Positions 8,149 through 16,041 of a stretch of DNA of 17,900 nt are shown piece after piece. The notes beneath the pieces were generated by a model, which was given only the letters and a program-made list of their open reading frames with translations, made no database searches and was not told the origin of the DNA. The DNA lies in the NCBI GenBank assembly GCA_963977445.1, contig CAXBPH010000135.1, positions 1 through 17,900 of the forward strand, read 5' to 3'. The position numbers were made by a program, and so were the translations under genes. This DNA is from an uncultured bacterium (lineage in GTDB: Bacteria; Hydrogenedentota; Hydrogenedentia; Hydrogenedentales; JAEUWI01). Numbering within the stretch: the stretch's first letter is position 1; every line of letters starts with the position of its first letter.

Positions 8149-8934
8149 CTACGTGGCGTAGACCATTTCCCGCACTTGCGCCGTTACTTTTGTGAACCGG
8201 CGTTTCAGTTCGGGAGTGGGATCTTTTACTGCCACAAAATCGACGCGGGTGGTTTTCTTACTCGGCGCTTTCCACGATTCCGCATCGAAGACCCCGAAGA
8301 CCGAAAATCCGGCATCTTCCAGGAGCTGCTCGACCCGTTCACGGGGGTAGACCCGTTCGCAAATGACCGACGCTGCGCCGGTGTTTACGCGTACACGGGA
8401 TTCGGCAATGTTCCGGGCATGGTCATAGCGGCTTGACCACCGGGTCCTGAATCCTTCGTTGTTCTCTTCCCAATCCTGATTCTCGAAGTGGTCGGTAACC
8501 ATGCGCTCCGTAATGATATCGGCATAGAGAACGCCGCCGGGGCGGAGAGCGCCATAGAGTTGCTGAAAGGCCAGGGCGAGGTCTTTTTCGTCCAATAGGA
8601 AATTCAGGCTGTCGAAGAGGCAGGTCACCAGGTCCACCGAGTCTACAAAGGGTATGGACCGCAAATCCGACACGGCCAGGGGCAGTCGGGGGTCTTTCTT
8701 TCTGCCGGCCGCAATCATCGCGGGCGACAGATCAACGCCAATGCTTTCCCAACCGGTGCGGCGCAGTTTTTCAACGAGCGTTGCCGTGCCACAGGCGGCG
8801 TCAAGGTGGCGAAACGGTGCAGGGACCAAGTCGGCCAATGCCGCCGTAATGAAAAACCACCGATCATAGTTTACGTGTTCCATGAGGGGGTCATAATACC
8901 GGGCGAGATCTTCAAAAACGTCCGCGTTTTTCAC
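8149..8934 (-). CDS. Class I SAM-dependent methyltransferase (YqeM-like)
   Basis: FEDLARYYDPLM, motif I HLDAACGT, GVDLSPAMI, DLVTCLFDSLNFL and LRPGGVLYAD. The GTG start at 8934 overlaps the yqeK TGA stop (GTGA translational coupling). Confidence 0.88.
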   Translation of the reverse strand: MKNADVFEDLARYYDPLMEHVNYDRWFFITAALADLVPAPFRHLDAACGTATLVEKLRRTGWESIGVDLSPAMIAAGRKKDPRLPLAVSDLRSIPFVDSVDLVTCLFDSLNFLLDEKDLALAFQQLYGALRPGGVLYADIITERMVTDHFENQDWEENNEGFRTRWSSRYDHARNIAESRVRVNTGAASVICERVYPRERVEQLLEDAGFSVFGVFDAESWKAPSKKTTRVDFVAVKDPTPELKRRFTKVTAQVREMVYAT

Positions 8935-9518
8935 TGGGGGTACGCTTTCTGCAGCCACCACTGAAAAGCCTGAAGATTGGGGTCGACGACGGCTTTGCTT
9001 TGTTGAAAGGCGAGTTTCTTTTCGGCCACAAAATGGAGGGCCACATCGAAGCCTTCGTTACGAATCAGCGCCCGCGCCTGGGCGGCTTCCGGGAAGCGTC
9101 GGGTGGGTTCGCTGAAATCCGCCAGGAAGAGTAACTGTCCCAGCCGATCCAGATCAGGTCGACCGGTGGTGTGCCAATAAATGGCCTCATAAACTGAATC
9201 AGACGGGATGTCGAGGGTCCGTCGGCACTCTTCCGCCGCAACCGGGCCATGGAGTAAGAGGGGGACTTCCAGGGCGACTTCACTGAGCGTAAGACCATAG
9301 CCCCGGGCCCGCCGGAGCAGGTCTTCATTGCTTTCCGTGCGACACAGATCGTGAAGCATGCCCGCCGTGACGGCCGCATCGTGATCCACGCCGATACCTT
9401 CGGCAAGGGACGCGGCATATTCGGCGACGAAAATGGAGTGGCTCACTTTTTCTTCCGAAAGGCGGTCGCGAAGGAGGTGATGAAATTCCTTGTACCGAGC
9501 CATCTTAGCGATGGGCAT
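8931..9518 (-). CDS. yqeK: HD-domain bis(5'-nucleosyl)-tetraphosphatase (symmetrical Ap4A hydrolase) YqeK
   Basis: HSIFVA, AGMLHDL, LLHGPVAA, AIYWHTTG and LFLADFSEPTR match YqeK. It sits directly downstream of nadD, its usual position. AAGGA RBS. Confidence 0.88.
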   Translation of the reverse strand: MPIAKMARYKEFHHLLRDRLSEEKVSHSIFVAEYAASLAEGIGVDHDAAVTAGMLHDLCRTESNEDLLRRARGYGLTLSEVALEVPLLLHGPVAAEECRRTLDIPSDSVYEAIYWHTTGRPDLDRLGQLLFLADFSEPTRRFPEAAQARALIRNEGFDVALHFVAEKKLAFQQSKAVVDPNLQAFQWWLQKAYPQ

Positions 9519-10089
9519 GATAGAGTCCTTCTTTTTCTACAATTTGTTGCACGGCCGGGGGAAGGCTGTCGGCCACGGACTCTCCCGCCAGCAGGCGACT
9601 GCGCACCTCGGTGGAAGAGAGGAAGCTTTCCTCAAAGGGCAGGAGTTCATAGCCCTCAGCCAGCTTGGTGACCTGGCTGCCATCCGAACCGGGGCGGGGC
9701 AACACGAGCAAGTGTACTTCTGCCAGGATCTGTTGGGTCCGGTACCAGTTGGGCAAATCCACCAGCGAATCTTCGCCCACAATAAGATAAAAGGTTGCCG
9801 TGGGGTAGAGGCCGCGCAAGGCCTGTACGGTATCCACCGTGTAGGAGGGTCCATCACGGAGCAACTCAATGTCGCAGGGGTTGAGGCCCGGCTCATCTTC
9901 CAGCGCCGCCTCCACCATGGCGTAGCGGAGTGGCGCCGCCGTGATATCTTCCTTGCCCTTATGGGGCGGATCGGCCGCCACGACAAAGAGCACCTGATCC
10001 AGCGATTTGTGGGTCAGGGCCGCGCGCCCGATGGCGACATGGGTCTTGTGGATGGGGTCAAAGGTACCGCCGAATATGCCGATACGCAA
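9505..10089 (-). CDS. nadD: Nicotinate-nucleotide adenylyltransferase
   Basis: RIGIFGGTFDPIHKTH, PPHK, GPSYTVDT, YLIVGEDSL..LPNWY, LSSTEVR and IVEKEGLY. The likely start is TTG at 10089, with GGGAG 7 nt upstream, giving the canonical MRIGIFGGTFDP. In-frame ATGs at 10113 and 10128 are alternatives. Confidence 0.93.
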   Translation of the reverse strand: MRIGIFGGTFDPIHKTHVAIGRAALTHKSLDQVLFVVAADPPHKGKEDITAAPLRYAMVEAALEDEPGLNPCDIELLRDGPSYTVDTVQALRGLYPTATFYLIVGEDSLVDLPNWYRTQQILAEVHLLVLPRPGSDGSQVTKLAEGYELLPFEESFLSSTEVRSRLLAGESVADSLPPAVQQIVEKEGLYHAHR

Positions 10090-10093
10090 CGAC

Positions 10094-11347
10094 CTACTCC
10101 CGAATCTGGCCATGGCCACGGATGACATATTTCTGGGTCGTCAATCCTTCCAGGGCCATGGGGCCACGGACGTGAAGTTTGTTGGTGCTGATGCCGATTT
10201 CCGCGCCCAGCCCAAACTCGAAACCATCGGTGAATCGGGTAGAGGCATTGACGTAAACCGTGGCGCTGTCGATTTCATCGAGAAAGCGCTCGGCAGCCTC
10301 ATAGCCCTCGGTGACGATGGCGTCGGAGTGGTGGGAGCCATACTCGTTAATATGGGCGATGGCTTCGTCGAGAGAGGCCACAACTTTTATGGAAAGAATC
10401 TTGTCCACATATTCGGTGACCCAGTCTTCCTCCGTCGCTTCCAGACAATTGATGAGCTGACGGGTCCGGTCGCAGCCGCGAATTTCGCAGCCCAGACTGG
10501 CCAGTTCCCGCGCAATCTCCGGGAGCAACATGGGCGCGGCACTTTCGTGAATCAGCAGGGTTTCCATGGCGTTGCACACACCAGGCCGCTGCATTTTTGC
10601 ATTCACCGCGATAGATTTGGCCATGGCCTCGTCGGCATCTTCGTGGATGTAGGTATGGCATACCCCATCCAGGTGAGCAATCACGGGGATGCGGGATTCG
10701 TCATAAATCCGGGCGATAAGATTTTTGCCGCCCCGGGGGATGATGACGTCAATATATTTATCCTGCTTCAGCAGGGCCCCGACGGCGGCACGATCCGTGG
10801 TCGCAAGAATCTGAACGGCATGCTCGGGCACACCCGCTTCTCGTGCCCCTTCGATAAAAATCTGGGCAATGGCCGTGTTGGAGTAGAAGGCCTCAGAGCC
10901 ACCACGCAAGATACACGCATTGCCCGATTTGAGACACAGGGCAGCCGCGTCGGCCGTCACATTGGGGCGACTTTCGTAAATCATGCCCACCACACCGATA
11001 GGCTGGCGAATCTGGGCCATGCGGAGGCCATTGGGGTGGACATATTGTTTGGTGATATCACCCACGGGGTCGGGCAGTGCTGCTACTTGATCCAGACCTA
11101 CTGCCATGCCTTCGATACGGGCATCCGTAAGCTCCAGCCGGTCCAGCATGGCGCTCGACAGGCCTTTCTCCCGGCCTGCCTCCAGGTCTTTGGCGTTTTC
11201 CGTCTTGAGACGGGGCCCTTCGGCACGGAGGCGCTTCGCAATCTCAATCAGCGCCGCATCTTTTACCGAGCGGGACAGGGAGCGAAGTTTGTTGGAAGCA
11301 GCACGGGCCTGGCGACCGATGGTATGTAGTTCTTCTTCAAGATTCAT
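10094..11347 (-). CDS. proA: Gamma-glutamyl phosphate reductase (glutamate-5-semialdehyde dehydrogenase)
   Basis: PIGVVGMIYESRPNVT, LKSGNACILRGGSEA, IIPRGG, GVCNAMETLL, HSDAIVT and VNASTRFTDGFEFGLGAEIGISTNKLHVRGPMALEGLT. Confidence 0.97.
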   Translation of the reverse strand: MNLEEELHTIGRQARAASNKLRSLSRSVKDAALIEIAKRLRAEGPRLKTENAKDLEAGREKGLSSAMLDRLELTDARIEGMAVGLDQVAALPDPVGDITKQYVHPNGLRMAQIRQPIGVVGMIYESRPNVTADAAALCLKSGNACILRGGSEAFYSNTAIAQIFIEGAREAGVPEHAVQILATTDRAAVGALLKQDKYIDVIIPRGGKNLIARIYDESRIPVIAHLDGVCHTYIHEDADEAMAKSIAVNAKMQRPGVCNAMETLLIHESAAPMLLPEIARELASLGCEIRGCDRTRQLINCLEATEEDWVTEYVDKILSIKVVASLDEAIAHINEYGSHHSDAIVTEGYEAAERFLDEIDSATVYVNASTRFTDGFEFGLGAEIGISTNKLHVRGPMALEGLTTQKYVIRGHGQIRE

Positions 11348-11512
11348 GGGGAGATTCCGGTATTGTCCACCCGATTTCGGGAAATGGGGCGGGTTACATC
11401 ACAGCATCCGCTATATTATGCCATAGCGCGGGTAGAGGCCGCATGTTGGGCGTTTTCGGGCGATGTTTTTGTATTCCATTGTCAATATGCTCACTTCGAT
11501 TCGGTTTCACGA

Positions 11513-11626
11513 CAACGCAAACGTCTGGGCGACACGTACGACTCCCTCAGACTTGTCCGTGGGGTTGGCTTGGCCGCAACGCAAACGTCTGGGTGGCACG
11601 GACAAGTCTGCAAGACTTGCCCGTGG
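11513..11626. repeat. Two direct tandem copies of REP-like family A (50-nt units, 64-nt period)
   Basis: 11513-11562 (degenerate) and 11577-11626 are 40/50 identical and both start CAACGCAAACGTCTGGG. The second copy has the hairpin CACGGACAAGTCT-GCA-AGACTTGCCCGTG. Confidence 0.8.
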
Positions 11627-11662
11627 AAATTGACAGCACCAACTTATTGCTACCATCCAATC

Positions 11663-11692
11663 TTGTCATAGCGCGAAGCAGACCCCTATACT
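11663..11692 (+). promoter_or_regulatory. Putative sigma70-type promoter for the CBM6-AKR-Gfo cluster
   Basis: TTGTCA (11663-11668), 18-nt spacer, TATACT (11687-11692), about 40 nt before the ATG at 11731. A second candidate, TTGACA-N15-TACCAT with a TGn extension, lies at 11630-11656. Confidence 0.5.
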
Positions 11693-11730
11693 GATCCGGT
11701 CATTGGCCCTCTTATAAGGAAAGCAGCAAT

Positions 11731-12312
11731 ATGATTCGCAATACTCTTACGATAGCTATGGTCGTCACTCTGGTCGCCCTTGGAAATTTTGCCCAAGCTA
11801 AGGAACCTGTGGCGTTGCCCAAGCCCTACAAAGACGTCGTCCAATCCATCCCCGGAGTCGTGGAGGCCGAGCACTACGACGAAGGCCCGGCGGGTGTGGC
11901 CTATTTTGATGTGGACGAGAAAAATCAGGGCGAAGAGTATCGCGAGCCGACCCAGGTGGATATCGAAAAGCGTCCCGATGCGTCCAATGGCCATGGTATT
12001 GGCTGGATTATGGCCACCGAGTGGGTTTTGTATACGGTAGACGTAAAAGAAGCCGGTTCTTATCGCCTGGAGATTCCTGTGGCGTCCAATAAGGCCGGTG
12101 GTACCTTCCACATCGAGTTCGACGGAAAAGACGTATCGGGCCCCATCGCCATTCCGGATACGGGCGGTTGGGACAAACTCTCTACCGTGAAGGTGGATAA
12201 AGTTACGCTGAAGGCCGGTAAGCAGGTGATGAAGCTCATGATGGACACGAATGGCCCCTCGGGTGGTGTGGGCGATATCGATTTGATTCGCTTTATCGCG
12301 ATTCCTGAATAG
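11731..12312 (+). CDS. Secreted stand-alone carbohydrate-binding protein (CBM6-like)
   Basis: Signal peptide ending AQA, then IPGVVEAEHYDEG..GVAYFD, IGWIMATEWVLYTVDVKEAGSY, IPDTGGWD, LKAGKQVMKL and IDLIRF. AAGGA RBS. Confidence 0.88.
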   Translation: MIRNTLTIAMVVTLVALGNFAQAKEPVALPKPYKDVVQSIPGVVEAEHYDEGPAGVAYFDVDEKNQGEEYREPTQVDIEKRPDASNGHGIGWIMATEWVLYTVDVKEAGSYRLEIPVASNKAGGTFHIEFDGKDVSGPIAIPDTGGWDKLSTVKVDKVTLKAGKQVMKLMMDTNGPSGGVGDIDLIRFIAIPE

Positions 12313-12343
12313 CGGCCCATTTGTCGAAAGAGAAGGCTCCATC

Positions 12344-13315
12344 GTGAAGACCTATTCCCTCGCCCACTCCGATCTGGAAGTTTCCCGCATTGCCTATGGC
12401 TGTCTGGCCATTGGCAGGAAATGGGGGGCCATCGATGTGGCAGAAGCCCGGAGGAATACGGCGGAAGTCATCGAGGCGGTCCTGGAGCGGGGTATCAATT
12501 TCTTCGACCACGCCAACATCTACGCCAACGGCCGCTCCGAAGCGCTTTTTGGTGATGTGCTCCGTGAACAGCCCTCGTTGCGGGATGCCATGGTCATTCA
12601 GACCAAATGCGGGGTGCGTTTTGAAGGCGACCCCAACCCCAATACACCGGGGCGCTACGATTTCAGCTACGACCACATCGTGACTTCGGTAGCGGCATCA
12701 CTCAAGCGCCTGTCTATCGGGCAACTCGATTTGTTGGTGCTCCATCGTCCAGACGCCCTTATGGAACCGGATGAGGTGGCTCGGGCCTTTGCCGACCTGC
12801 GCCAGGCGGGTAAGGTGCGCTATTTTGGCGTGAGTAATTTCAATGCCGCCCAACTTGCCCTCCTGCAACGAAGCTGCGATGCACCCCTCGTCGTGAATCA
12901 GCTCCAACTGAGTCTCCTTCATCCACACCTTATCAACGAAGGGGTCTCGATGAACCAGACGGGCTACGACTATGTGGAGACCAACGGCACCCTCGATTAT
13001 TGTCGACTCCAGGGTTTGCGGGTGCAGCCGTGGACACCCCTTGCCCGGGGAAATTTTATTCAACCGCCACCGGATGCCTCGGAACACGTAGTGGCCGTGG
13101 CCAATGAGGTCGCCCGGGTCGCAACGGCTCTGGAAACCAGCCGAGAGGCGGTGGCGCTGGCCTGGCTCCTGCGCCATCCGGCGGGCTTTCAACCCATCAT
13201 CGGCACCACCGACCCGCAACGCATCGCCCATGCCTGCCGGGCGGACGACGTCGTCATGAGTCGGGAAACGTGGTATCACCTTTTCAACACGGCCCGGGGA
13301 AAACCGGTCCCGTGA
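12344..13315 (+). CDS. Aldo/keto reductase (YdhF-like)
   Basis: VSRIAYGC, FFDHANIY, QTKCG, LVLHRPDALMEPDEVA, GKVRYFGVSNF, VALAWLLRHP and PIIGTT; the D-Y-K-H tetrad is present. GTG start after AGAAGG. Confidence 0.92.
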   Translation: MKTYSLAHSDLEVSRIAYGCLAIGRKWGAIDVAEARRNTAEVIEAVLERGINFFDHANIYANGRSEALFGDVLREQPSLRDAMVIQTKCGVRFEGDPNPNTPGRYDFSYDHIVTSVAASLKRLSIGQLDLLVLHRPDALMEPDEVARAFADLRQAGKVRYFGVSNFNAAQLALLQRSCDAPLVVNQLQLSLLHPHLINEGVSMNQTGYDYVETNGTLDYCRLQGLRVQPWTPLARGNFIQPPPDASEHVVAVANEVARVATALETSREAVALAWLLRHPAGFQPIIGTTDPQRIAHACRADDVVMSRETWYHLFNTARGKPVP

Positions 13316-13349
13316 GTGGCTGCACCGCGTGGTGCCTATGGAGTATGAA

Positions 13350-14357
13350 ATGAACGACCAAACTCGAATTCGCTGGGGCATCCTCAGCACGGGACATATT
13401 GCGGGCCGATTTGCGGAAGCCCTGGAACTCCTGCCCGACGCGGAAATAGCGGCCGTAGGTTCTCGTGATCAGGAGACGGCAGACGCCTTTGCCCAGCAAT
13501 ATGGGGTCACCCGGGCCCATGGCAGCTACGAAGCCCTCGCGGCCGATCCGGATATTGACGTTATCTACATTGGAACGCCCCACGCCTTTCATCTGGAAAA
13601 CGCGACCCTGTGTATGCGTTCCGGGAAGGCGGTGCTCTGTGAAAAGGCCCTGACCATCAATGCGTCGGAAGCCGAAGAAATGGTGCGGATTGCCCGGGAA
13701 GAAAAGGTCTTTCTTATGGAAGCCATGATTCCCCGCCACGTGCCCCTGCTGAAACAGGTCCTGGGCTGGGTCGAGGCGGGTCGTATCGGCGAGGTGCGGA
13801 TGGTGAATGCATCGCGGTGCGCGCGGGGCACCTTCGATCCCGAAGGCCGCCATATGAACCCCAAACTCGGCGGCGGCAGCCTGCTGGATGTGGGTGTTTA
13901 TGTAATTTCCTTCGCCTACCAGGTTTTTGGGAAGGCCCCCGTGGAAAGCACCGGAGTTGCCCACCTTGGGCCCTTGGGTTCCGACGAGCAGGGCGTGGCC
14001 GTGTTGAAGTATGACGATGGAGCCATAGCAAACCTCAGTTTCGCACTGCAGACGGCGGCCGTGGCCGATGCCTATATCTATGGCACCGACGGCTACATAA
14101 AAATCGACGAGACCTTTGCCGTGCCCCATCGCGCCAGTCTGGTTATCGACAAAGAGGTCGTTGAGGTTATAGAAGAGCCCATCATCGGGGACAATGCCCT
14201 GGTTTATGAGGCCATGGAGACCATGCGATGTCTTCGGGAGGGACTCCTCGAATCTCCTTTCATGCCCCTGGACCAGTCCATCGAAATCATGGGCACCATG
14301 GATGCCCTGCGACGTCCGTGGGGCCTCCGCTATCCCAATGACGCCGGTCGCCTGTAA
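13350..14357 (+). CDS. Gfo/Idh/MocA family oxidoreductase (dihydrodiol/D-xylose dehydrogenase-like)
   Basis: IRWGILSTGHIA, AHGSYEALAADPDIDVIYIGTPH, VLCEKA, FLMEAM and GGGSLLDVGVY. ATG at 13350 is preceded by GGAG. Confidence 0.92.
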   Translation: MNDQTRIRWGILSTGHIAGRFAEALELLPDAEIAAVGSRDQETADAFAQQYGVTRAHGSYEALAADPDIDVIYIGTPHAFHLENATLCMRSGKAVLCEKALTINASEAEEMVRIAREEKVFLMEAMIPRHVPLLKQVLGWVEAGRIGEVRMVNASRCARGTFDPEGRHMNPKLGGGSLLDVGVYVISFAYQVFGKAPVESTGVAHLGPLGSDEQGVAVLKYDDGAIANLSFALQTAAVADAYIYGTDGYIKIDETFAVPHRASLVIDKEVVEVIEEPIIGDNALVYEAMETMRCLREGLLESPFMPLDQSIEIMGTMDALRRPWGLRYPNDAGRL

Positions 14358-14447
14358 GACTCAGATTCACCGGGCAATTGCATTTAAAACGGGCACGTAT
14401 GAACGCTCGTTTGGGTGGGCATTCAAATCATCGATGTGAGCCCGATA

Positions 14448-14534
14448 GTGCCACCCGATCCCGTAATCGAGGCCCAATACACCCGAACCCTCCTGCGGCG
14501 GATCTTCGACCGGGAATACCGGATCGGGTGGCAC
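14448..14534. repeat. REP doublet in inverted orientation, family C, site 1
   Basis: GTGCCACCCGATCCCGTAATC (14448-14468) matches the reverse complement of 14514-14534 at 19/21. The reverse complement of 14509-14534 matches 17716-17741 at 23/26. Confidence 0.75.
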
Positions 14535-14727
14535 CCCGGCGTCCATCCTGTTCAACACAGAGCCATCGAGGTCATCAGCCGGCAGTATCAATGCCCAGCG
14601 CCAGATAACGGTTGAACCGACGTGGGGGCGTTGATACCATGGAGACCTAATCTGCGTTTCCGTGTTCACACGCAAAACGCTTTCAACGGGGGGGAACGCC
14701 CCGGGCCGCCAGAAAGAAAATGTATCC

Positions 14728-15942
14728 ATGACTTGCCTTAAATCAATTCGAATCCTCTTTGTCGCCAGCCTGTTTGTCGCTTTTTCACATATTGCGCACG
14801 CAGCACCCAGCCATATTTTCCTCACCTATTCGGGCGCTCCAGAAAGCTCCGTTGATATCAATATCATTCTGCCCCGCCAGGTCGATGGCGTCTTCGTTTA
14901 TTACGATACGGCAGACCAGGGGGACGTGACCGAAAAATACACGTTTATTGTGAAGGCCCACTATATCCCCACGCCTATGGAGTTGAGTGACGGACGCGTT
15001 ATGTATGTGGCCCGCATCACCGATCTGAAACCCGGCACCGACTATTCGTTCCTGGTGGATGAAAAGAAATACGGGGCGTCGAGCCTGCGTAAATTCCGCA
15101 CCTTGCCCGGCTGCACGGCACCCCTGCGTTTCGTTAATGGCGGCGACATGGGTGTCGCGGACTATATCGAACCACTCCTGACGCTGGCGGCCAAAACCGA
15201 CCCGGACTTTGCCGTTATCGGTGGTGATATAGCCTATGTGAATGGCCTGCTCGGCGGCTACGCCAATTGGGACAGCTGGCTTAAGAATTGGGACGACATG
15301 ATGGTCACGACGGACGGGCGGATGATACCCATCGTAACGGCCATCGGTAACCACGAGACGAACCGCTATGCCACCGGTGATCTGGCCCTCAACGCCCCCT
15401 GGTATTCCAGTCTTTTCGGGCGTCAGGGAGAGCACGTCTACTACAGCCGCCACTTCGGTGATAATCTCATTTTGTTCTCCCTCGATTCCGGTCATACCGT
15501 ACCCCATGATGGGGCGCAGGCCGAATGGCTCGCCGGCGAGATGAAAGCCAACGCGGCCGTGAAATATAAGTTTGCGGCCTATCACATTCCCCTCTATCCG
15601 GCCCACCGAGCCTATGAGGGTAGTGGTTCCGCCGCGGGTCGCGCGGCCTGGGGCGGCCTCTTTGACGAGTACGGACTCACCGTGGGTCTGGAACACCATG
15701 ACCACGTCCTGAAGCGCACCAAGCCCCTCCGGGGAGGCGAGGTCGTTGAACAGGGCACGGTCTTCATCGGCGATGGTTGTTTTGGTCGTGGAGCCCGGGA
15801 AATCGATCCCCAGCCCCGTTGGTACAATGCCGTAGAAGGCAGTATTCCCCATTTCTGGGTGGTAAACGTACGTGACAGCGGACTGTCCTTCAAGGCCATC
15901 GACTTCGAAGGGATAACGCGAGACGAGTTCACGCTTCCCTAA
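14728..15942 (+). CDS. Secreted metallophosphoesterase, purple acid phosphatase family, with N-terminal FN3-like domain
   Basis: Signal peptide ending AHA. FN3-like ARITDLKPGTDYSF...FRT. Metal motifs GDMG, GGDIAY, GNHE, AYH and EHHDH. Confidence 0.9.
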   Translation: MTCLKSIRILFVASLFVAFSHIAHAAPSHIFLTYSGAPESSVDINIILPRQVDGVFVYYDTADQGDVTEKYTFIVKAHYIPTPMELSDGRVMYVARITDLKPGTDYSFLVDEKKYGASSLRKFRTLPGCTAPLRFVNGGDMGVADYIEPLLTLAAKTDPDFAVIGGDIAYVNGLLGGYANWDSWLKNWDDMMVTTDGRMIPIVTAIGNHETNRYATGDLALNAPWYSSLFGRQGEHVYYSRHFGDNLILFSLDSGHTVPHDGAQAEWLAGEMKANAAVKYKFAAYHIPLYPAHRAYEGSGSAAGRAAWGGLFDEYGLTVGLEHHDHVLKRTKPLRGGEVVEQGTVFIGDGCFGRGAREIDPQPRWYNAVEGSIPHFWVVNVRDSGLSFKAIDFEGITRDEFTLP

Positions 15943-16041
15943 AAAAACCAAGATTCATCTCGGACATTTTTCAACGCTATTGACTGCCAGCTCCCAATTG
16001 TCAAAGACCATTTTAAAAGATGGCGGTCTACCTTCGCCAAA

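Noticed and set aside
10007..11329. 440-aa plus-strand ORF
   Set aside because: Antisense shadow of proA with no recognisable motifs. Long opposite-strand ORFs are expected in GC-rich genes.
11513..11626. Possible mini CRISPR array
   Set aside because: Only two divergent 50-nt units with a 14-nt gap, no spacer-sized unique segments and no cas genes.
14367..14825. Small ORFs sharing a VPPDPV/VPRDPVFPV peptide (14415-14615 +, 14367-14825 -, 17584-17817 +), suggesting a peptide family
   Set aside because: The shared peptide is just the translation of the family C DNA repeat. It appears on both strands and there is no further similarity.
14785..15951. 388-aa minus-strand ORF (likewise 13284-14129, 11686-12342 and 16799-17587)
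   Set aside because: Antisense shadows of confidently assigned genes.
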